64,000 nucleotides of DNA from Spirulina sp. (GTDB taxonomy: Bacteria > Cyanobacteriota > Cyanobacteriia > Phormidesmidales > Phormidesmidaceae). Where the stretch lies: assembly GCA_044070495.1 (NCBI GenBank), contig JBIPSI010000004.1, positions 135,577 through 199,576 on the forward strand, read 5' to 3'. The notes beneath the pieces were generated by a model that was not told the DNA's origin, did not search any database, and saw nothing but the letters and a program-made list of their open reading frames with translations. A program made the translations under genes and the position numbers. Each line of letters begins with the position of its first letter. The first letter of the stretch is position 1. Of the stretch, positions 50,435-60,488 are shown piece after piece.

Positions 50435-53233
50435 TCATGGCGTAGGGGCCAAGGGGTTCGCAATCTGCTGCAATCGCTGACTTTCGAGGGCAATTACCCG
50501 TCGGGCAAAATCGGGGTCGTGGTCGATCAGGCTATCAAAGGCATCCACGGGCACGGCCAAAATGCGCGTGTGATCGCCATCCGCTAGGATCGCATTGTCT
50601 AGGTTAGCGTGGGCCAACACCTCTAGCTCGTCGAGGGTCTGCCCAGGGTGGAACCGCTCCACCACCACCCCTGCGGCCCGTTGGTAATGGATGCTGGCTT
50701 CTCCATCAATGAGGATCAATAGCTCTCGGCAGGTGTCGCCTGCGTGGGTGATGGCATCACCAGGGGCATAGGTTCTGACCTCGGCCAAGGCGGCGAGGGC
50801 CAGCAGGGTTTTGGGTTGCAACGGGTTGAAGAAGTCGCTGTGGGCCAGGTAAACCACCTTTTCGAGGTCGGGAATCGCCGCTAGGTCTGGGGCGGTGGTC
50901 TGAGCCTGGATGACCTTGGCGGTGGCTTGGGTTAGATCGGAGGTGGTCTCTGGAACTAGGGTTTGGCTGATTCCTTGGGCGCGGGCGGGATCGATCTGGG
51001 CGATCAGAAAGATTGCGGCGGCGGGCACCAGGGGATTGGGATGGTCGATCAGGTTGGCCAAATAGCTGAGGGTGTCGGTGTCGGTCGGCGGGGCAAGGGG
51101 GGCCGCAGGTTCCGTCGGGGTAGCCTTGAGGAGGTTGACCACTTCGGGGGCAAGCTGATCCTCCCAGTCCGACCCTAGGTGGTCAGCCAGGAGCACGGGG
51201 GCCACTGAGGACAGGGTTTCGGCCAAGGATTGAGCCAGGGGCAGGGCCTCGGTGGCGGGCAAGGTGGCCAGGGTCTCTAGTAGGGATCGCATAATCAGCC
51301 CCTGCTTGCGGCGCACCACCGCCAGCACTAGGTCTACCACCGGGGCTTGGGCCTGGAGGGTGGGCAGGGTGAGGGCGTGGTCATAGGCTAGCCATTCGCG
51401 CAGACGAGCCATCAGCCCCTCAGCCTTTTGGCTGTTCTGGGAGGAGAGGCCGCTGAGCACCCAGGCTTCTTCCTGGGGGGTGATGGCATACTCCTGGCGC
51501 AGGGATTGTAGGGAGGGAACCTCGGCCTCGGCCATTAGGTTGGGCTGGGCCTGCTGGAGCCGCAGCAGTCGTTCCAGAGATCTTTGGTAGCCAGTGATGC
51601 GTACCTGATTCTCTAGGCTGCGCTGGCGGTCGGGGTTGAGCAAGTCGGGGTCTTCTACCCCCAGTTCCTCCAAAATTTCCTGGTGTTCGTCGGCGGAAAT
51701 GCCCAATTCCTGGCGCATTTGCTGGAGCACATCCAGGCTGTTGGCGGTATTGATATAGCCCTCGGCCAGGGCCTCGCGCACCACCCCTTTGTAAGCCTGG
51801 TGGCGTTTTTCGCGGGTAAAGTCGGGCAGCACCTTGGCCAGCACGTAGACCTCGTCGGCATGGAGGTCGTCGAGGGAGCGGCCATCCAGCAACGCCCCTA
51901 TCTCCAGCCCCAGCTTGGCCAACTGCTTGCGGAAGCGGCTGGCCAGGTTCTCACGGGTATAGCGTTCGGGGCTGCGTTGCCAGCTCTGTTGCAGCCACAG
52001 GGTACTTAAAAACAGCACCAGTCCGTCAAAGCCAAACTGCACCCAGCCGGGGGTGAGCCGCAGCAGGGGCCGTCCGGCAAAAAAGAAAAAGAAATTAAAG
52101 GCAATGAAGGTGACGATCACAAAGATCCGGTGCTGTACCCGGTCGGGGTTGGGGGCCACGGAGTTTCGGGCATAGACCTTGGCTCGCTTGGCGATCAGCG
52201 TGCCCAGCCCAATGCCCCCCAGGGTAAACGCCCCCAGCACCAGGGGCACCGCCACCAGCTTGGGTATGGCGATGGCCTGCCCCCCCAGGTACAGCCCTGG
52301 GCTAAATAGCGCCGCCAGTTGGTTGGGGTCGCGGTTCCACACCCCCGAAAAGTAGTAGTCCCAATTGCCCGCATAGAGGTAGTAGTAGACGAAGTAGCCC
52401 ACCATCAGGCCCAGGTAGCCGTAGCGCATCACCGACTCATCGCGACGGTGCAGCCCATCCCAGTAGGTGCGCTCCGAGTCGATGTCAAAACAGGGGCTTT
52501 GGCAGGCGACACAGGCACTTTTTTCGCTGCCGTCGGCCTCCACCGTGCGGCACATGGATTGGGTAATGCGGCTTTCGCTGGTGTGGGCTTGGCTGCCCAG
52601 CAGACCACGGGGTTCGCTAAACACCGTCTGCACCGGGGCCATCGGGCAAATGTATTGGCACCACGATTTGCCGCCGTAAAAATAGCCCACCGCCATGGCC
52701 GCAACGATGGTGAATACCAGCCAACTGCCCAACACCAGGCGATCCGCGTTGAAGAACAAAATTCGTCCGCACAGCCCAACGAAGAGATAGGCAAACTGCA
52801 CGTACAAATAGTTGCGCCCCAGCCACGACTCAGGCCGCACCTTGGCCAATTCGTAGCGCACCTTGCCGGTCTTCGGGTTTTCCCGTTTAAACTGCCGCTG
52901 CCAGCCCAGGGCGCGGGGAATCTGCGAGAGAAACGACAGGGGACAGATCCGCCGCCATAGCTCGTGGCTAAATACCAGCAAAATAAAAATGCCCGAGGGC
53001 ACAATGGCCCCCCAAAATAGCGTCGCCCCAATCGGCTGAGGGGTCTCCTCCACACAGACCCCTTGCACCGGAACGCATTCCCCCGTCAGTCGTAGGGGGC
53101 TCCAGGGGTGATCAGGCTGGGTCAGCGATGCCGTCCAAGGGTCGAAAAACAACGAGAGAATCAGCAGCACCCATCCGGTGGTCACGACCCAGCGAATCCA
53201 ATGCATGCGGCGCTCAGGAATTTGGGCAAACAT
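50435..53233 (-). CDS. Membrane 4Fe-4S-binding protein with C-terminal cyclic-nucleotide-binding domain
   Basis: WRRICPLS, WCQYICPM, CVACQSPC, many TM helices; C-terminal GDAITHAGD...LIDG...ELE cNMP-like fold. Confidence 0.8.
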   Translation of the reverse strand: MFAQIPERRMHWIRWVVTTGWVLLILSLFFDPWTASLTQPDHPWSPLRLTGECVPVQGVCVEETPQPIGATLFWGAIVPSGIFILLVFSHELWRRICPLSFLSQIPRALGWQRQFKRENPKTGKVRYELAKVRPESWLGRNYLYVQFAYLFVGLCGRILFFNADRLVLGSWLVFTIVAAMAVGYFYGGKSWCQYICPMAPVQTVFSEPRGLLGSQAHTSESRITQSMCRTVEADGSEKSACVACQSPCFDIDSERTYWDGLHRRDESVMRYGYLGLMVGYFVYYYLYAGNWDYYFSGVWNRDPNQLAALFSPGLYLGGQAIAIPKLVAVPLVLGAFTLGGIGLGTLIAKRAKVYARNSVAPNPDRVQHRIFVIVTFIAFNFFFFFAGRPLLRLTPGWVQFGFDGLVLFLSTLWLQQSWQRSPERYTRENLASRFRKQLAKLGLEIGALLDGRSLDDLHADEVYVLAKVLPDFTREKRHQAYKGVVREALAEGYINTANSLDVLQQMRQELGISADEHQEILEELGVEDPDLLNPDRQRSLENQVRITGYQRSLERLLRLQQAQPNLMAEAEVPSLQSLRQEYAITPQEEAWVLSGLSSQNSQKAEGLMARLREWLAYDHALTLPTLQAQAPVVDLVLAVVRRKQGLIMRSLLETLATLPATEALPLAQSLAETLSSVAPVLLADHLGSDWEDQLAPEVVNLLKATPTEPAAPLAPPTDTDTLSYLANLIDHPNPLVPAAAIFLIAQIDPARAQGISQTLVPETTSDLTQATAKVIQAQTTAPDLAAIPDLEKVVYLAHSDFFNPLQPKTLLALAALAEVRTYAPGDAITHAGDTCRELLILIDGEASIHYQRAAGVVVERFHPGQTLDELEVLAHANLDNAILADGDHTRILAVPVDAFDSLIDHDPDFARRVIALESQRLQQIANPLAPTP

Positions 53234-53470
53234 AGAAGAGGGCTCCTCGGTTAACAAGGCCTGGTGACCAGGGGCGTTGAGAAAGGGGCTTTAAAGAGAG
53301 GCATTGGGTGGACGATCACCCCTAGCCTACAGCCATGCTTTGAATTCTTACGCGCCATTCTAAGGCTCGGCTCGGCGCTGGGCAATCACCCCCCTAGGCG
53401 GGCCTAGCCACCCTTAGGCTGCCGCTGCGGTAAGCTAGCCTACTCGCCTAGATCGTCTGAATATCCGACA

Positions 53471-53772
53471 TAAGGGTTAAGCCACGGTAAACGTGCTCGA
53501 TGGCGAAACTTAGGCCAATGCTGTTTAGCTCGATGGGGTCGCCCAGTTGATAGTTAGTTAATGATGACCCGGTCACCAGACTGATTTTTGTGGCATGTAG
53601 CGGATTTAACACGGGTTAAGTACATTGCGATGATCCCCCTGCCCCCCTTAAAAAGGAGGATATAGCGTGAAACTTAGACAACTAGGCACTGGGGGGATCT
53701 AGAACTCAGCAACGGTGTATCTCACGCTATCGAGAACCGCTATAAATCCATTTCAGTGCTAGTGCTGGCCCA
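53471..53772 (-). pseudogene. Degenerate 3' fragment of a Uma2 paralog of 43652-44230, interrupted by a MITE
   Basis: GGGTTAAGCCACGGTAAACGTGCTCGATGGCGAAACTTAGGCCAATGC... aligns to 43668-43810, with a 4-bp GTTA duplication frameshift. Confidence 0.8.
53598..53742. mobile_element. ~145-bp MITE-like insertion with TAGCGG...CCGCTA ends
   Basis: Uma2 homology stops at 53597 and resumes at 53743; inverted termini; carries CCCCC palindrome remnants. Confidence 0.7.
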
Positions 53773-53822
53773 TACCCCCGTTGAATATCGATCATGATAT
53801 CGGTTCTAGACACATTATCCGA

Positions 53823-53921
53823 TTATAAACCTCCCATACCCAATACCTTTGAATAAAAGGACAATGTGGTGTCGATATCTCTGACGGTCAGCACGAAGTG
53901 GTCAAGACTGTCGATTTTCAT
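53823..53921 (-). pseudogene. Truncated VOC/glyoxalase-family gene (probable cassette remnant)
   Basis: Manual translation MKIDSLDHFVLTVRDIDTTLSFYSKVLGMGGL*, the typical VOC N-terminus. Confidence 0.75.
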
Positions 53922-53939
53922 ATAATGACGATTTCTTGT

Positions 53940-53958
53940 GTCTAACTACGCATTAAGC
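53940..53958 (-). other. Second attI-like core
   Basis: Minus strand GCTTAAT-GCGTA-GTTAGAC, about 18 bp before the VOC ATG. Confidence 0.5.
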
Positions 53959-54270
53959 GTCAGTTTTACTAGATAGCTTCTCCGACCCTAGCGTTTGTCT
54001 AGCGGATCTACGGAATAATGCCTGCATTTTAAGGAATGAATTATTTTTCGCCGATTCGGGGGCGCTAGATGGCTAACGTGGGGTGCCTTTGAACTTAGTA
54101 GGCTGGATTACGGCAGGGTCTAATCCTAAATCCCCTGCTTGGCTACCCCCGATTTCCTTGTGATGCATTGCGGCTAATCAAAACGCTCAGAACCTTGCTA
54201 GACAGGGGATCGCCGCGTAGGCTCTGCCGCGCCCTTCGTGCTATGCACCCTACGGTTCTACCCATATCAA

Positions 54271-55608
54271 CTAATAGGGAAGGCTACTCTCTAAATAGCT
54301 GGCAGATTGAGGAGAGGAAATCAGCCCATTATTTTCAAGTATTGATTCGACAGTCTGCGAACTCACCTTAAAGTATTCAGCCGCATCTTCCATGGCCGAC
54401 TCCGAATAATCATTTTCTAAGTAGGCTTGTAAACTACTAAGGGGGCAAAGAAATTCTGCGGCAAAGGCCCGTTGATACTTCTGTCTTGATGTTCTTAGAT
54501 CGGTGTTTGCAAGCCAGGATTCTCCAGAATTTCCATAAAGTAGGTAATCGCCAATAAACCTGGCTAGCTCAAATCTTTTAGCAATTGGGTGTCTTTTTCT
54601 AGTATGAAATCTAAATCCGGTTTTTCCTGATGGAACTGCAACCGCAATACGTCGCTGACGTGGCGGATCAAACGCTTCATATTCAGCTTTTTGTAGGCCA
54701 AGTAAGTCGTAGAGTTGATCGTCGGTGACTGGCTTTTCGCCAATATCAACCACAGCACGTAAGCGACAAGCTAATTCGTTGGCTTTTTGCCATGGTGCCT
54801 TTGAAAATTCTTGTGAAGCAGCGTGATCAACAGAAATTTCTGGTTTCCCATCAAATCCTGATTCTTGGAGAAGTTCATCAATTTTGGCGCTGAGTGGGCT
54901 TGCTTCTAACATCTCTTTACTATACGCAGGAGCCACCTCTGATAATGTTTGGTCTCCCATCTGCTCAGCAAGACTTAGGACGTCTTCTACAAGGTCTTCA
55001 GGACAATCGTCGGGGTCAAAGCCTAACTCAGCTTCACGACGACGATACTGACTGGCATAGGGATCAGCCAGTTCTTCTTGAACTTCTTGCCAAAGGCTAG
55101 CTAATGGAGTGTCGGTAATTCCTGTTGCGTCAAGACGAGATAAGACAGATTCAATAAAGACCCTAGCCGTTTGCTCGAATTCGAGTAAACCCACTGGAAA
55201 TGGTCGATCTAGACTATTGATGTACCGAACCGACTGTTGTTCAACGGCGCTAGATGCTATAGACCATATCTGCATTAACTCAGTATCTGAAGCGAGTATT
55301 ACTCTTGGCCAAATAAATCCTTGGTTTGCTGCCGTAAGCTCGTGCGCCATCCTCCAACTAACTGAAGGCTTAGTTCCTGTTGGTGGAAGAGGTTCGTAAA
55401 GTAGCCTCCACCAAGAAGAGACTATCCATGCAGCGAGAGGGTAAGCGGAAACAAGAACGCTGTCGCGGATCGTTTGAGACCAAGTATCCTCATTTTTCGT
55501 AAGACTGATATCTCCCACCTTTAACCCAAACATTCCCATCGTCTGTCGGATTTCGGGCGAATCATTTCCACTGGTAAGCCATTCAAAATTAAGACTTAGC
55601 GAGTTCAC
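54271..55608 (-). CDS. Hypothetical protein with C-terminal ImmA/IrrE (M78)-like domain lacking HExxH
   Basis: KRFELARFIGDYL in place of RFTLAHELGH; QRAFAAEFLCP; AAEYFKVS. Confidence 0.6.
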   Translation of the reverse strand: MNSLSLNFEWLTSGNDSPEIRQTMGMFGLKVGDISLTKNEDTWSQTIRDSVLVSAYPLAAWIVSSWWRLLYEPLPPTGTKPSVSWRMAHELTAANQGFIWPRVILASDTELMQIWSIASSAVEQQSVRYINSLDRPFPVGLLEFEQTARVFIESVLSRLDATGITDTPLASLWQEVQEELADPYASQYRRREAELGFDPDDCPEDLVEDVLSLAEQMGDQTLSEVAPAYSKEMLEASPLSAKIDELLQESGFDGKPEISVDHAASQEFSKAPWQKANELACRLRAVVDIGEKPVTDDQLYDLLGLQKAEYEAFDPPRQRRIAVAVPSGKTGFRFHTRKRHPIAKRFELARFIGDYLLYGNSGESWLANTDLRTSRQKYQRAFAAEFLCPLSSLQAYLENDYSESAMEDAAEYFKVSSQTVESILENNGLISSPQSASYLESSLPY

Positions 55609-56035
55609 TCCGAAGCCTCCATTGCTGGATTACCTCTTCACAAAATGGATCTTCAGCTTGCATAGGATAGCCATGGTATGCTCCCTGCTCGGCTGACTCA
55701 AGCTGTGCTTCTAGCGGAGTTTCATCCTCCGTCACCGACCAAACATTCTTGGGCCACTGTCCTTCAAATCGTTCACTGACTAGTCCATTTTCAATGCCTT
55801 TCTTTAGTAGCTCTAGAGCTTCTTGCCTGGTAAAAACTTTAATAGCGTCACAGAGAGATTTGCCTGGTCGAGGCCCACTAGGCGGTGTTAATCCGAAGTC
55901 GCCTGGATTCCTCTTGTGCTCAGGATTTCCACCATACTTAGCCTGAGATGCAAGTTCAGAAAGGCTCTTGAAATTACACGCTTCAACCTTCAGCATTTTG
56001 CGTTTGGGGTTAAATTGACCATTGCGCCTTTTCAT
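55589..56035 (-). CDS. Hypothetical protein, possibly a nuclease-type toxin
   Basis: YGGNPEHK...WPKNVW...EAQLE...YHGYP; overlaps the next gene by 20 bp. Confidence 0.55.
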   Translation of the reverse strand: MKRRNGQFNPKRKMLKVEACNFKSLSELASQAKYGGNPEHKRNPGDFGLTPPSGPRPGKSLCDAIKVFTRQEALELLKKGIENGLVSERFEGQWPKNVWSVTEDETPLEAQLESAEQGAYHGYPMQAEDPFCEEVIQQWRLRSELAKS

Positions 56036-56260
56036 AACGCCAAGAACATAACTCAGTCTTAGCATACTGCGAGAACGGCGTGGTGAATCTGAAGGCTGGT
56101 CGGCTGAATCTATGGGGCCTTGAATCTGTCTTCGATGCTGGGCTGCTCACGTGAGTACTCCTTAGCACCCCTGGCGGTACAAGGCTTCTGAACAACGAGA
56201 AATCAGGGATTGTACTTCGATAAACCATTTTCTCCAGGCCAGACGTTAAGCCCTGATGGC

Positions 56261-56392
56261 CTGACACATCTCCAAAGTAGGTTGGGTGCAGCGAAGCGGA
56301 ACCCAACACTCGCCGAGGATTTTGGGCTTGTTGGGTTCTGTGATCGCGCCACACAACCTACGAGAGATCAAGGCTTTTCGGCGTTGTGTCAG
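56261..56392. repeat. REP doublet enclosed by CTGACACA...TGTGTCAG inverted ends
   Basis: GTAGGTTGGGT...ACCCAACA / TGTTGGGTT...CAACCTAC inside short TIRs. Confidence 0.65.
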
Positions 56393-56429
56393 TTAGCCAG
56401 CGTTAAGCCTAGCCTGGAGTCAAGACGGC

Positions 56430-58805
56430 TTAGTTCAGGTCGATGGCCACCTCATCCAGCTTGCCCGTAAAGGCAAAGGGCAACTCGTAGGATTCGGTGA
56501 CGGGGGTTCCCGTGTCGAAGCCGATATCGAGGGTTTCGTCGAGGGTAAAGCGGTTGGGGATGCTCTTGTCTACGCGCCCCTGGCCAATTTTTTTGTTGTT
56601 GGCGTAGAGCGTTACCGTGCCTCCGGCGTAGGGTTGAACGGCGTCGGTTTTGTAGTCGGCCTTGAGGACAACCTTACCCGCAGGCAAACGGGTGCTGGAC
56701 TCCACCTCGTAGCGCTCTACCCCGGCCAGGTTGTAGTGGTAGACGAGTTTGCCGTCCTTCACAAACAGGCCATAGCCGGAGAAGCGCCCCCCAACGGTGA
56801 TCAGCATTCCCTCTGCGCCCTGGGGCGGGATTTCCACGTTGGCGCTGATGGTGTGGTTGCGGTACTTCACATCTGGGGCCGACCCCTCCGGTAGGCGCAT
56901 GCCGCGAGGATAGGCAAAGTGGGTGCGTCCTGCGGTGAGGCTGGGGCGGTTGGCCACATTCAGGCGGGCGACCTTGCGGCCATCCAGGGGCAGCACGTTG
57001 TACTTGGCGGCCTCGGCGTAGAACAGGGTCTTCATCTCCTGGAGCTTTTCGGGCATCTGGGCGGCCAAGTCCACCGCCTGGGTGAAGTCTTCGTCGATGT
57101 GGTAAAGCTCCCAATCGAGGTTGAGGATGTCTTTGTCCGCCGAGGGTTCGGGCACCCAGGGTTCGCTCCAGAGGGCGCTGGCCATCCATCCGTCGCTATA
57201 GATGCCCTGGTTACCCGCCATCTCAAAGTATTGGGTGCTGTGGCGGGTGGGCACTTTGGCATCGGCGAAGGTGTAGGCCAAACTGGTACCTTCAATGGGC
57301 TTTTGGTCAATGCCGTTGATCTGCACGGGCTGGGGAATCCCCGCCGCCTCCAGAATCGTCGGCGCAATGTCGATCACATGGCTGAACTGAAAGCGCTTGC
57401 CGCCCTTGTCTTTGATGCCCGCTGGCCAAGCCATGGCCATACCGTTGCGGGTGCCGCCAAAGTGGGAGGCAATCTGCTTTGTCCACTGGAAGGGGCTATC
57501 CATCGCCCAGGCCCAGGCGGCGGGGAAGTGGTTGTAGTACTTTGGCCCACCCAGGTCATCGATGGCGGCAACTTTGGTTTCTAGGTCTTCGGGCAGGCCG
57601 TTGAAGAAGGTCATCTCGTTCAGCAGGCCATTGAAGCCCCCCTCGGCGCTGGATCCGTTGTCTCCGGCGATGTAGATCACCAGGGTGTTGGCCAGTTCGC
57701 CAATCTGGTCAATCGCATCAACGACCCGACCCACCTCATGATCCACATGGGCGGTAAACCCGGCAAACACCTCCATCATCCGCGCATAGACCCGTTGCTC
57801 TTCGGGGGAAAGGGTATCCCAGGCGGCGAGGGCGGCGGGTCTGGGGGTGAGCTTCGCATCGGCGGGAATCACGCCCAGCTTTTTCTGCCGCTCGAAGGTG
57901 TCGATGCGGTACTGATCCCAGCCCATGTCGAACTGGCCTTTGAATTGGTCGATCCAGTCTTGGGGCGCTTGGTGGGGGGCATGGGTGGCCCCAGGAGCCA
58001 AGTACACCAAAAAGGGCTTTTCGGGGGAAACCGCATTCACCTGGCGAATGTAGTTAATGGCGTGGTCGGCCAGGTCGGTACTGAGGTGATAGGGGGTGCC
58101 GTCGGCGTTGGTTTCCGGCGGTTCGATGCGGGTGGTGTTTTCCACCAGGGCGGGGCGAAACTGGTCGGTGTCGCCGCCCACAAAGCCATAGAAATAGTCG
58201 AAGCCTAGCCCCTGGGGCCAGCGATCAAACGGCCCCGCCATGCTGCTTTCCCAGTCGGGCACGTTGTGGTTTTTGCCAAACCAGGCGGTGGCATAGCCGT
58301 AGGCCTGCAAAATTTGGGCAAAGGTGCCCGCATTATCGGGAATTACCCCGGTATAGCCCGGAAAACCTGTCCCCGCTTCGGTAATCACGCCGTTACCCAC
58401 GGAATGGTGATTGCGCCCGGTCAACAAAGCCGCCCGCGTGGGGGAACAGAGCGCCGTGGTGTGGAACTGGGTAAATTGCAGGCCGCTCTTCACCACCCGA
58501 TCCATCGTCGGCGTGGGAATGCTGCCGCCAAAGCTGCTGAACTGCCCAAAGCCCACATCGTCAATCAGCACCAGCAGTACGTTAGGGGCGTTTTCAATGC
58601 CAAAGGTGCTAGGCAATTTGAGCTGACTTTTAACGGCTTCCGAGGTCTGATAGCTCAGCCCAATTTTGCCCGAAAAGGGCTTGTCAGGATGGGGCAGAAT
58701 TTCCTGGGCCAAGGCCGGGGGCACAGCGGATTGCAGCACCAAAATAGCAATCATCGCCCCAGTGAAAAGCAAGGATCTAATCCGAGAAAGCATGATTTGC
58801 GACAC
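56430..58805 (-). CDS. Arylsulfatase (large type, exported)
   Basis: Signal peptide; APNVLLVLIDDVG, LCSPTRAALLTGR (canonical CxPxR), GKNH, GDNG; C-terminal beta domain. Confidence 0.93.
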   Translation of the reverse strand: MSQIMLSRIRSLLFTGAMIAILVLQSAVPPALAQEILPHPDKPFSGKIGLSYQTSEAVKSQLKLPSTFGIENAPNVLLVLIDDVGFGQFSSFGGSIPTPTMDRVVKSGLQFTQFHTTALCSPTRAALLTGRNHHSVGNGVITEAGTGFPGYTGVIPDNAGTFAQILQAYGYATAWFGKNHNVPDWESSMAGPFDRWPQGLGFDYFYGFVGGDTDQFRPALVENTTRIEPPETNADGTPYHLSTDLADHAINYIRQVNAVSPEKPFLVYLAPGATHAPHQAPQDWIDQFKGQFDMGWDQYRIDTFERQKKLGVIPADAKLTPRPAALAAWDTLSPEEQRVYARMMEVFAGFTAHVDHEVGRVVDAIDQIGELANTLVIYIAGDNGSSAEGGFNGLLNEMTFFNGLPEDLETKVAAIDDLGGPKYYNHFPAAWAWAMDSPFQWTKQIASHFGGTRNGMAMAWPAGIKDKGGKRFQFSHVIDIAPTILEAAGIPQPVQINGIDQKPIEGTSLAYTFADAKVPTRHSTQYFEMAGNQGIYSDGWMASALWSEPWVPEPSADKDILNLDWELYHIDEDFTQAVDLAAQMPEKLQEMKTLFYAEAAKYNVLPLDGRKVARLNVANRPSLTAGRTHFAYPRGMRLPEGSAPDVKYRNHTISANVEIPPQGAEGMLITVGGRFSGYGLFVKDGKLVYHYNLAGVERYEVESSTRLPAGKVVLKADYKTDAVQPYAGGTVTLYANNKKIGQGRVDKSIPNRFTLDETLDIGFDTGTPVTESYELPFAFTGKLDEVAIDLN

Positions 58806-58993
58806 CAGTATGATTTACGACATCCGTAATGATTGAAAACATCCGTACAAAAGACGTACCCAGCAAAGGCCGCTCACGCACAGCCAACGCCTCACAAAAA
58901 TGACTAGCGCGATTGATGCTATCTCCCCAGCCAGAGGCCAAACAATACCCTGGCTACAAAACGACATAGACCATCGGCACAACGCCTCAGCCT

Positions 58994-59009
58994 CTATTCA
59001 AAAAACGCA
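58994..59009 (-). promoter_or_regulatory. Conserved 16-bp upstream motif, copy 3
   Basis: CTATTCAAAAAACGCA about 190 bp upstream of the arylsulfatase start. Confidence 0.65.
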
Positions 59010-59296
59010 AGTTTAGGCGAGGTCGCTTTACTTTCCTAGATCCCTCCTCTATAGGTGATTGAAGTAGACCGTCTCACACCACGCTGAAGCCATTCGTCGC
59101 TGTATTGTGCTTGGTCTGGTCTATGCTGGCACCCGCAGCGGAGGATGGCTTTTCCAAAACGTCTTTATTTCTCCAAACGTCTGAAATGTCCTAGGTATTC
59201 ACAGCCGCTCAGAGCGGATTTACCTGGAAGGTGAGAATTTTTATCGGCTCAGTAATTCTCCTAAAAATACCAGGGTAAAAAATTAGACCCCACAGG

Positions 59297-60427
59297 ATGG
59301 AAGTTCCCATGTCTCTCCCCCTCAATCCGCAGGAAATCGTCAGCTTAGCCCCCCTCAACCGGGAACCCTCCCCCCCGGAGATGGATCAGGCCATCCGCGA
59401 GGCAACCTTGGCCGTCGATTCCCTCGACTGGCTGCAATCCGGCGATACCGTGCTGATTAAACCCGTGCTGAACTCCGGTAAGCCCTACCCCTCCACCACC
59501 AGTCCCCTCGCCATTGCCAGTATGGTGCGGCTGCTGAGGGGGCGCGGCGCAGGGCGGGTGATTGTGGCCGACATGAGCGGCGTGGGCCATCTCGATCAGA
59601 AACCGGAAGGTTGCAAGGGCAGTAGTCGCGCTCTGGCCAAGAGTGCGGGGCTGTTCAACCCTGTGCTAGAGGCTGGCGCAGAATGGGCCTTCTTTGAAGA
59701 ATCGGGCTGGGACAGCTTCTACGAAGAACCACCTGCCCCCGGTTCCCACTGGCGAGGAGGCGTCACGCTACCCAACATTCTGCGGGAGGTAGACCATATT
59801 GTGTCTATGCCTCGCTGTAGCCGCCACGCCCTGCTGGGCAACACCCTGGCCCTCAAGTCGGTGGTGGGCTACATGCGCTACGACACCCGCCTGGAATACC
59901 ACCACGACGCCAAAACCATCCAAGAAAAAACCGCCGAGGCCAACACCGTACCCACCCTGTTGCAAAAGCAGCGCCTCGTCGTCACCGCCGCCGATAAGGT
60001 ACTGGCCACCTTTGGCCCCGACCTCGGCTATGTCATCGCCCCACCCCAGGGCTTGGTGATCGCCTCCCGTTCTGTGGTGGCCCACGATATGGTTTCCCTG
60101 GCCTGGTTAATCACCCACTGGCGACAGGCTCCGTGGCACCGCAAACAAGCCTTGAATGACCCCAGCAGTAACTGGCTCGTGGCTAATCTAGCCAACCGTG
60201 CCGTGGCGGGAATGCTGGGCGGCTGGAAACAGAGCCTCAGCGCCGAGGGCATCAAACATTCGCCCCAACCCGATATCTGGCGAGATCGCACCCTACAACG
60301 GGCCTTTCAACTCATGGGCGGCGTGCCCAACATTCAACTGCAACCCACCCAGCCCAGCCTTGCCCCCCAAACCCTAGCCGAGCTAGCCGACCTCGTGGCA
60401 TTGCCCGCCGCGACACGAGCAGCGTAA
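59297..60427 (+). CDS. DUF362 domain protein
   Basis: GDTVLIKP...TTSP...GAGRVIVAD...H...TLALK..VG. Confidence 0.75.
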   Translation: MEVPMSLPLNPQEIVSLAPLNREPSPPEMDQAIREATLAVDSLDWLQSGDTVLIKPVLNSGKPYPSTTSPLAIASMVRLLRGRGAGRVIVADMSGVGHLDQKPEGCKGSSRALAKSAGLFNPVLEAGAEWAFFEESGWDSFYEEPPAPGSHWRGGVTLPNILREVDHIVSMPRCSRHALLGNTLALKSVVGYMRYDTRLEYHHDAKTIQEKTAEANTVPTLLQKQRLVVTAADKVLATFGPDLGYVIAPPQGLVIASRSVVAHDMVSLAWLITHWRQAPWHRKQALNDPSSNWLVANLANRAVAGMLGGWKQSLSAEGIKHSPQPDIWRDRTLQRAFQLMGGVPNIQLQPTQPSLAPQTLAELADLVALPAATRAA

Positions 60428-60488
60428 GCAAGACAATTTTGGGTCATCTCTTGTCAGTTGTTACAGCCCAAACACCCGCTGAAACCGA

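Noticed and set aside
54100..56250. Gene pair as a further integron cassette
   Set aside because: No attC geometry or complementary cassette ends found around it
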